A stretch of 64,000 nucleotides of DNA from Patescibacteria group bacterium (GTDB lineage: Bacteria; Patescibacteriota; Minisyncoccia; Phycocordibacterales; SBAW01), in the NCBI GenBank assembly GCA_019752125.1, contig JAIEMM010000012.1:3437-67436 (forward strand), in the 5' to 3' direction. Below are positions 57,932 to 64,000 of this stretch, one piece after another. Position 1 is the stretch's first letter; every line of letters begins with the position of its first letter. Both the position numbers and the translations under genes were made by a program. The notes below the pieces were generated by a model. The model was given only the letters and a program-made list of their open reading frames with translations, did not search any database and had not been told where the DNA came from.

Positions 57932-58500
57932 ACACTCCATTATCAATCGCCCTTGTAATAGCAGTGCTCCTCATTGGCAGTGCATATTACTTCGGCGCGA
58001 AGCCAGCCATCGTTCCTACCCCGATTGCCAATCAAGCATTAGCAGCCAAGTTCGACATCTTAAGCAAAAACGGAAACTCGACATGCTCGGCATCGTTTGC
58101 AGATTCCATCGACACGATGCCCGATTCAGGCAGAATTCAAGGCTCCTGCTGTTCTCCGATGGATGCACACCGCTACGAAGAACAAGTGACGGGACTTAAG
58201 AAATTCAAAGACATTCCTGAAATTCCGAGCGACCCCTACGACATTGATGCGGCGCTCGCAAAGCAACTCAAAGCGTACTACGACGTAGAGCTAACACCGG
58301 AACAGCAAAAAGCATACGACTATGCGATGGCGAACTCGAATGAAAAGGGCCCCTGCTGTTGCAAATGCTGGCGCTGGTATGTCTACGGGGGCTTAGCAAA
58401 ATTACTCATCCAAAAATATCAATTCACCGGCGAACAGGTCACGGAAGTCTGGAATCTTTCAGACGGCTGTGGTGGTCCCGGCGATCACGCAAATCACTAA
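57928..58500 (+). CDS. Cys-rich secreted/anchored protein
   Basis: ATG 57928; signal anchor; CC, CCC and CGGPGDH clusters. Confidence 0.4.
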   Translation: MNTPLSIALVIAVLLIGSAYYFGAKPAIVPTPIANQALAAKFDILSKNGNSTCSASFADSIDTMPDSGRIQGSCCSPMDAHRYEEQVTGLKKFKDIPEIPSDPYDIDAALAKQLKAYYDVELTPEQQKAYDYAMANSNEKGPCCCKCWRWYVYGGLAKLLIQKYQFTGEQVTEVWNLSDGCGGPGDHANH

Positions 58501-58505
58501 CAGTT

Positions 58506-58961
58506 ATGAAAACCATACTTATTATTGCAGGCGTCGCTGTCGCCGTGCTTGTCGGAGGCGTGTGGCTCTCAAACAACTTGCAATCAAATGATCCCGACAT
58601 CGTTTCTCGGAGCGGCATCCATTGGCATCCCTCCATTGCTATCTATGTAAAGGGCGAAAAAGTCGAAATCCCCGCAAACGTTGGCATCGGGCCGGAGCAT
58701 GCCAGTATGCCGGGCTACGACCCCATGATGAAAATGGCGGCGTCGCATACGCATGACGCCTCGGGCACCATCCACTTCGAATTCATGGAAGGCCCCGTGC
58801 GGAAAGCTGATACTACGCTCGGCCAGTTCTTCACCATGTGGGGCAAGGATATGCGCTCATTCGGATCTAACATGCGCATGACGGTTAACGGCAAAGAAAA
58901 CACCGAGTACGAGAGCTACATGATGCGCGACGGAGACAAGATAGAACTGCGATATGACTAA
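58506..58961 (+). CDS. His/Met-rich anchored protein (possible metal-binding)
   Basis: ATG 58506; TM anchor; HWHP, SMPGYDPMMKMAASHTHD motifs. Confidence 0.45.
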   Translation: MKTILIIAGVAVAVLVGGVWLSNNLQSNDPDIVSRSGIHWHPSIAIYVKGEKVEIPANVGIGPEHASMPGYDPMMKMAASHTHDASGTIHFEFMEGPVRKADTTLGQFFTMWGKDMRSFGSNMRMTVNGKENTEYESYMMRDGDKIELRYD

Positions 58962-58978
58962 TAATCACTTCATCAAAT

Positions 58979-60124
58979 ATGAAAACAATATATTGGATTG
59001 GGGGTACCGTGGCGCTCATAGGGGTTGCAGCGCTTGTAGCGCTCAGCTCGTCGAATAGTACGCCCGCGAGCACCCTCTCAACAGAAAGAACCATCAGTGA
59101 AAAAGTCTACATAGCGCTCGAAGGCGAAGGAAAGGTTGCCGTACTCAATGCGGCTGACAACAGGATTCTAAAAACCATTGATCTCTCTGACAGTGCAAAT
59201 GGCGGAACAGTCCGCTATATGGCGCACAACGTTCAAGTCGCGCCAGACGGTAAAAGCGTACTGGTTACGGCAAATGTCGAGGAAGGAATGGATATGGAAG
59301 ACAGTGAGACGCAGGGTATGCAAATGTCCCACGGAGAAGCATTCGATCAACTGGTTGTTATCGATCCTTCGCGGGACGAAATCGCGCGAAGAATTACGAT
59401 AGACACCGACAGCCACCTCGCACACGTGGTCATTGCCCCGGATAGCAGGACCGCGTACGTGACGCTCCAGGAAAAAGGAAAGGTTTATTCCGTCGATCTG
59501 ACGACCGGCAGTATCGCCAACAAAGTTGACTTGGGGAAAAAAAGCGGACCGCATGGGTTGCGCCTCACGCCGGATGGATCGGAAGCATACATAGCGCTTC
59601 TTGATGGAAAAGGTGTCGACGTCCTTGATACCAGGTCGGGTAGTGTTCGAAAGATTAAACTTCCGGGAGCAGGCGTACAAGCAGCGGTCACTCCGGATGG
59701 AACTTTTGTGCTCGCTTCCGTCTACAATACCAAGCAGGTGTTCTGGCTGAATCGACAAACAGGCGAACAAGGACTCATCAATCTTCCATCTGGATCGAAA
59801 GGTCCTGTGCAGTTGTACCCAACACCGGATTCGCAATATCTGTACGTAGCTGATCAGGGATATTACTTCGATCAACCGACAGGAAATGTTGTCTACCGAA
59901 TAAACATTGCAGACAAAGTGGTTGATCAAACGATCAGCGGCGGTTCGGCTCCGCACGGAGTCGTGGTGAGCCACGACGGGGCGAGAGTCTTCGTGACCAA
60001 CCTACTAAGCGACGACGTGTCGGTGATAGATACAGCAACGGGAAAGGAAATCGCACGCGTTCCGGTCGGTGACATGCCGAACGGCATTAGCATCTGGAAT
60101 GCACAGACAGGAGGTACGCCTTAG
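58979..60124 (+). CDS. YVTN-family beta-propeller repeat protein
   Basis: Repeated ...GPHGL.LTPDGS.AYI...D... units; signal anchor. Confidence 0.7.
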   Translation: MKTIYWIGGTVALIGVAALVALSSSNSTPASTLSTERTISEKVYIALEGEGKVAVLNAADNRILKTIDLSDSANGGTVRYMAHNVQVAPDGKSVLVTANVEEGMDMEDSETQGMQMSHGEAFDQLVVIDPSRDEIARRITIDTDSHLAHVVIAPDSRTAYVTLQEKGKVYSVDLTTGSIANKVDLGKKSGPHGLRLTPDGSEAYIALLDGKGVDVLDTRSGSVRKIKLPGAGVQAAVTPDGTFVLASVYNTKQVFWLNRQTGEQGLINLPSGSKGPVQLYPTPDSQYLYVADQGYYFDQPTGNVVYRINIADKVVDQTISGGSAPHGVVVSHDGARVFVTNLLSDDVSVIDTATGKEIARVPVGDMPNGISIWNAQTGGTP

Positions 60125-60184
60125 GGCTACCTCCTGTTCGCATAGTATAGTTGCACATATACCCCCATAGGGTATAATGGTGGC

Positions 60185-60457
60185 ATGAAAGCAGACATCA
60201 AGAAAAAAGCATTACGGCGACTTAGCCTTATCCGTGGACAGGTTGAGGGAGTCCGTAAGATGGTTGAGGACGAGCGATACTGCGTCGACATCATTACGCA
60301 GTCGAGCGCAATCAAAGAAGCACTCTCGGGCGTTGAAGACCTCCTGCTCCAAAACCACCTTTCTACGCATGTGATTGAGCAAATGAAAAACGGCAAAGGC
60401 ATACACGCCACTGAAGAAATATTAAAAGTATATAGATTGGCGCAGCGAAAGAAATAA
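60185..60457 (+). CDS. CsoR/RcnR/FrmR-family metal-sensing transcriptional repressor
   Basis: 90 aa; R.Y(C)VDI..Q..AI and NHL..H metal-ligand positions. Confidence 0.75.
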   Translation: MKADIKKKALRRLSLIRGQVEGVRKMVEDERYCVDIITQSSAIKEALSGVEDLLLQNHLSTHVIEQMKNGKGIHATEEILKVYRLAQRKK

Positions 60458-60672
60458 TGTCTATGGCAAACAAAACAACGATTCGATGGGTTTTGGTCGG
60501 TCTGATCGTACTTGCGGGTATATATGTTATCGCGGATCACGGACAGCACGTCCTTCCGTACCTACCACTCGCGTTCCTATCGGGCTGTCTCTTTATGCAT
60601 CTCTTTGGACATGGCGGTCATGGGATGCATGATCAACACGCTCATGACGAACCTACGAAAAAGGACTCTTAA
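60457..60672 (+). CDS. small membrane protein with His-rich tail
   Basis: 71 aa, 2 TM, HLFGHGGHGMHDQHAHDE; start overlaps repressor stop (ATAATG). Confidence 0.45.
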   Translation: MSMANKTTIRWVLVGLIVLAGIYVIADHGQHVLPYLPLAFLSGCLFMHLFGHGGHGMHDQHAHDEPTKKDS

Positions 60673-60677
60673 TATCT

Positions 60678-61211
60678 ATGAATCCTATCAAAACGAATTG
60701 GTATGTAATCACAGGAGGCCCCAGTTCCGGCAAGACTACGACGGTCAATCTCCTAGCGGGTCGCGGATACAAAACAACAATCGAACACGCCCGGCACTAC
60801 ATCGATACGCAGAAAATCACGGGGAAAACGGTCGAGGAAATCAGAGCAAACCAGCTGGTGTTTCAACGCGGTGTCTTAGACATGCAGATCGCCCAGGAAA
60901 ATGAACTTACTCTCGATGAAGCAGTGTTTCTTGATCGTGCATTACCTGATGCGCTTGCATATTATCGCTTTCTCAATCTGCCTGAAGACAGAGACCTGCT
61001 TCAGGCGCTCCAAGCGCATCTCTATAAAAAGGTTTTTATCCTCGACCCGCTACCACTCGTTAAGGACTATGCACGCACCGAGAATTCAAACGACCAGAAC
61101 GTCATCCATGGTCTACTCATTGAAGCCTATGAGTCGCTTGGGTACCACGCTATGCACGTACCGGTTCTTCCTCCAGAAGAACGCGTGGACTTCATTCTAA
61201 AAAACGTATAA
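60678..61211 (+). CDS. P-loop NTPase (AAA_28-like)
   Basis: ITGGPSSGKTTT Walker A. Confidence 0.55.
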   Translation: MNPIKTNWYVITGGPSSGKTTTVNLLAGRGYKTTIEHARHYIDTQKITGKTVEEIRANQLVFQRGVLDMQIAQENELTLDEAVFLDRALPDALAYYRFLNLPEDRDLLQALQAHLYKKVFILDPLPLVKDYARTENSNDQNVIHGLLIEAYESLGYHAMHVPVLPPEERVDFILKNV

Positions 61212-61216
61212 ATCGT

Positions 61217-62077
61217 ATGACTAACACCCACGCAGAAATTTTCGTCACAAAAGCGTCCGGGGAGCAGGAACCGTTCTCAGAAATGAAACTGCGTCGCTCG
61301 CTCGAACGTGTGCATGCGTCGTCAGATGCGATTGATGCAATCGTCGCGCAAATCAGAGCTGAACTACAGGAAGGGATGAAGACGGCAGATATATATCGCA
61401 AAGCTTTCGCGTATCTCCGAAAAAAGAGTCGGCCGGTCGCGGCTCGCTACAGTTTGAAAAATGCGCTCATGGAGTTGGGTCCGACAGGCCGCCCGTTCGA
61501 GCATTTTGTTGGTGAGCTGATGAAATTTGAAGGGTTTGATGTCGAGGTCGCGAAGATAGTACCGGGTGTGTGCGTAAAGCACGAAGTCGATGTGGTCGGT
61601 ACTAAGGATGACCGGCACGTAATGGTCGAATGCAAGTTCCATAACCGACCAGGGCTTCGTTCCGACGTAAAGATTTCCCTCTACGTGCAAGCACGGTTTG
61701 AGGACGTCGAGCGTCGATGGAAAAAACAGCCGCAGCACGGCGAGAAATTCCACGAAGTATGGCTCGTCACAAACACAAAACTCACGTCCGATGCGACTGA
61801 CTATGCGAAATGTGTCGGCATGACCGCGATTGGTTGGAGTTACCCGCAAGGTAATAGTCTTGAGAACCGCATCGAACGTGCCGGGCTTCACCCCATTACC
61901 TGTCTCACAACCCTCACGCGCTTTCAAAAGAACGCTTTGATGCAGAAAGGTATCTATTTGTGCAAAGAATTACTTCTGCGTGCAGATGTTTTATCGTCCG
62001 TTGGTGTAAAGGGAGATGCTGCTGAGAAAATTCTTAACGAAGCGCAACAGCTTTGCCAGAAAACAAAAGAGGTATGA
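61217..62077 (+). CDS. ATP-cone-like N-domain + Mrr-like PD-(D/E)xK nuclease domain protein
   Basis: VDVVG.KDDRHVMVECKFH restriction-endonuclease-like motif. Confidence 0.45.
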   Translation: MTNTHAEIFVTKASGEQEPFSEMKLRRSLERVHASSDAIDAIVAQIRAELQEGMKTADIYRKAFAYLRKKSRPVAARYSLKNALMELGPTGRPFEHFVGELMKFEGFDVEVAKIVPGVCVKHEVDVVGTKDDRHVMVECKFHNRPGLRSDVKISLYVQARFEDVERRWKKQPQHGEKFHEVWLVTNTKLTSDATDYAKCVGMTAIGWSYPQGNSLENRIERAGLHPITCLTTLTRFQKNALMQKGIYLCKELLLRADVLSSVGVKGDAAEKILNEAQQLCQKTKEV

Positions 62078-62820
62078 AGAATACAATTATCATTGTAGTA
62101 ATCGGTGTAGCTGTGCTTGGTAGCATTGGGTACTTTCTTTTTGGGAAAAATAAGGATGCTGATATCCCCACATCTCAATCCAGTGAAGCGGAGGAGATTG
62201 TAGTTTCTCCCCAGGAAGCACGCACAAGTGTCAGCATAGATTCAGCAACGCTTACTAAAGGCGGCTATGTTGTTGTGCGGGGCGGTGATGGCAAGAGGAT
62301 TGGCCAAGTTATTGAGATCAGTAGCTATCTTCCACCTGGTACACATACAAACATTACAATCGAGCTCGGCGAGTTTTACCCGTACAACCAAGAGGATCAG
62401 CTTGTCGCGATGATCTATCGCGATGATGGCGATCAATCATTCAGTGAACTCGACGTGCCTGTGGACACCTCTGCCATATTTGCCAAAACCGGAGCTCCCG
62501 TACCGCTTTCGATATTTGCAGAGCAAATTGCGCCAAGCGATGGCATGGGAATGGTAACGGTTCGATATACCGATGCAGGTTTTCAGCCCGCAAAACTCAC
62601 CATTCCGGTCGGCACGATGGTGGAGTTCATAAATCAAAGCGGAAGCGAGATGTGGGTCGCATCGAATATACATCCATCGCACGAGATATTGCCCACATTT
62701 GATCAATTCAAAGGAGTCGCAAAGAATAAGGGCTATATGTACACCTTTGATAAAAAGGGCTCATGGCCCTATCACGACCACATCAATCCGGCACTCGAAG
62801 GAGTAATAGAGGTCAAATGA
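62074..62820 (+). CDS. membrane-anchored cupredoxin-like domain protein
   Basis: RBS aaaagagg; C-terminal TMVEFINQSGSEMWVASNIHPSHE...WPYHDHINPALEG cupredoxin-like pattern. Confidence 0.5.
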   Translation: MKNTIIIVVIGVAVLGSIGYFLFGKNKDADIPTSQSSEAEEIVVSPQEARTSVSIDSATLTKGGYVVVRGGDGKRIGQVIEISSYLPPGTHTNITIELGEFYPYNQEDQLVAMIYRDDGDQSFSELDVPVDTSAIFAKTGAPVPLSIFAEQIAPSDGMGMVTVRYTDAGFQPAKLTIPVGTMVEFINQSGSEMWVASNIHPSHEILPTFDQFKGVAKNKGYMYTFDKKGSWPYHDHINPALEGVIEVK

Positions 62821-63074
62821 TTATGATGGATCCAAAACAAAGAGCTCTCAATAGTGTTATGCAGGTCGGGCTTGTCGGTTTTACGATGCTCGGTTTTTTG
62901 CTCACGTCGTTGAAGTTGCCTGAGTATGGCCTTATTGCAAATCTGGTCTCGGAAGTTTTCTGGCTCTACAGCACGTACAAGGCCTGGAAAGAAGCGAATC
63001 AAGTGGGCATGTTTATAAACACGCTCATTGTGACAGCGATCCTCATCTTTGGAGTTATCAACTATTGGCTATAA
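62817..63074 (+). CDS. small 2-TM membrane protein
   Basis: ATG overlaps upstream stop (ATGA). Confidence 0.35.
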   Translation: MIMMDPKQRALNSVMQVGLVGFTMLGFLLTSLKLPEYGLIANLVSEVFWLYSTYKAWKEANQVGMFINTLIVTAILIFGVINYWL

Positions 63075-63078
63075 TGTT

Positions 63079-64000
63079 ATGAACCACAACCACCACAATT
63101 CTGAAGAAACCCGCTACACGTGCCCCATGCACCCAGAAGTGGTGAAAAACTCGCCAGGCAAATGTCCGGGTTGCGGCATGGAGCTTATTCCAGTCTCCGC
63201 TAAAGCTACAGCGGGCAAAGCTACAAAGAAGTCGTCTGATCCTCACGCCGGACACGATATGCAGAAGATGAGCCATATGGATCACGAGGCAGCAATGACA
63301 AACCCCGCTATGGCCAAAAAGATGGAGGCCGACATGCGCCGCCGCTTTTGGATATCGCTTATTCTCTCCATTCCAATTTTTCTCTACTCACCGGTTGGTA
63401 TAAACTTTTTTGGTCTCAATCTTCCAACGCCGATTCCGGTAAGTTGGATTCTTTTAATCCTCACAACACCAATCGTTTTCTGGACTGGCTCGATATTTAT
63501 TACCGGCACGTACTACTCGCTCAAGGCCCGCGTCCTGAATATGTCAGTCTTGATCGCAACCGGCGTCCTCGCGGCGTACCTTTTCAGCGTGCTACTGACC
63601 TTCATACAGCCTGAAAGCGAAACATTCTATGAAGCCGCAGCGCTTCTGGTTACATTCGTGCTCTTTGGCCATTGGATGGAGATGAAATCACGTCGCGGCA
63701 CATCGGATTCGCTCCGTGCCCTATTTGATCTCGTACCGCCGAAGGCAAGCGTGATTCGCGATGGAAAGGAGCTTTCCATTCCGAGCGCGGAAATTGTGCA
63801 GGGCGACATTGTTATGTTGCGACCTGGCGACAAGGTACCGGTAGACGGTGAGGTGACAGAAGGAGAAAGCTCGATCGACGAGTCGCTTGTTACCGGTGAG
63901 TCGATCCCTGTTATCAAGAAGTCCGGCGATAAAGTTGTCGGGGGGTCGGTCAATCTCACAGGCGCTGTGCGTTTCAAGGCTACAAAAGTGGGATCTGATA
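63079..64000 (+). CDS. heavy-metal (Cu-type) P1B ATPase, N-terminal part (3' end outside window)
   Basis: N-terminal YTCPMHPEV...GKCPGCGM metal-binding domain, TM helices, actuator domain (...TGES.PV.K..GD.V..G..N); open frame to window end; not in ORF track because no stop. Confidence 0.85.
   Translation, partial: MNHNHHNSEETRYTCPMHPEVVKNSPGKCPGCGMELIPVSAKATAGKATKKSSDPHAGHDMQKMSHMDHEAAMTNPAMAKKMEADMRRRFWISLILSIPIFLYSPVGINFFGLNLPTPIPVSWILLILTTPIVFWTGSIFITGTYYSLKARVLNMSVLIATGVLAAYLFSVLLTFIQPESETFYEAAALLVTFVLFGHWMEMKSRRGTSDSLRALFDLVPPKASVIRDGKELSIPSAEIVQGDIVMLRPGDKVPVDGEVTEGESSIDESLVTGESIPVIKKSGDKVVGGSVNLTGAVRFKATKVGSD

Noticed and set aside
63627-63977. 116-aa minus-strand ORF (also 63058-63285 minus, 63348-63614 plus)
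   Set aside because: All lie inside or antisense to the continuous P-type ATPase reading frame starting at 63079.

Overview
This 64-kb window looks like a small-genome bacterial chromosome of Candidate Phyla Radiation/Patescibacteria type. I estimate about 48-50% GC; this and the identifications below come from reading translations and motifs by eye, with no database searches possible. Most of the window is the r-protein/translation supercluster: rpsL-rpsG...fusA...tuf-rpsJ | rplC-rplD-rplW-rplB...rpsS-rplV-rpsC-rplP-rpmC-rpsQ-rplN-rplX-rplE...rpsN(Z)-rpsH-rplF-rplR-rpsE-rplO-secY-gmk-adk-map-ndk. L30 (rpmD) is absent between rplR and rpsE. The cluster is interrupted at several operon junctions by accessory genes carrying their own promoter/terminator modules. 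A pilin-like gene and glmM lie between rpsG and fusA, and a Cys-rich cell-wall-binding protein lies between fusA and tuf. Two antisense small genes lie between rplB and rpsS. A four-gene cassette array plus a degenerate tRNA-like element lies between rplE and rpsN. Flanking genes include pgk, a HIT protein, recJ, rnhA, comEC, SOD, rpmB, an S2P-like protease, HicAB, a beta-CASP RNase, infC-rpmI-rplT, an ECF sigma/anti-sigma pair, a HIT+SET pair, smpB, ftsH, recG and malic enzyme. Two mobile-looking regions are present. One is a LexA-like / AbiV-like / TerS-like / large serine recombinase module (~41.8-46.3 kb), possibly a satellite-like integrative element. The other is a tRNA-Ser(GCU)-adjacent large serine recombinase followed by a metal (copper-type) homeostasis island running off the window end (CsoR-like repressor, DsbA-like, YVTN propeller, cupredoxin-like, His/Met-rich small proteins, P1B-type ATPase). 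Two canonical tRNAs were found, Ser-GCU and an unusual Ile-UAU. No CRISPR array was seen.
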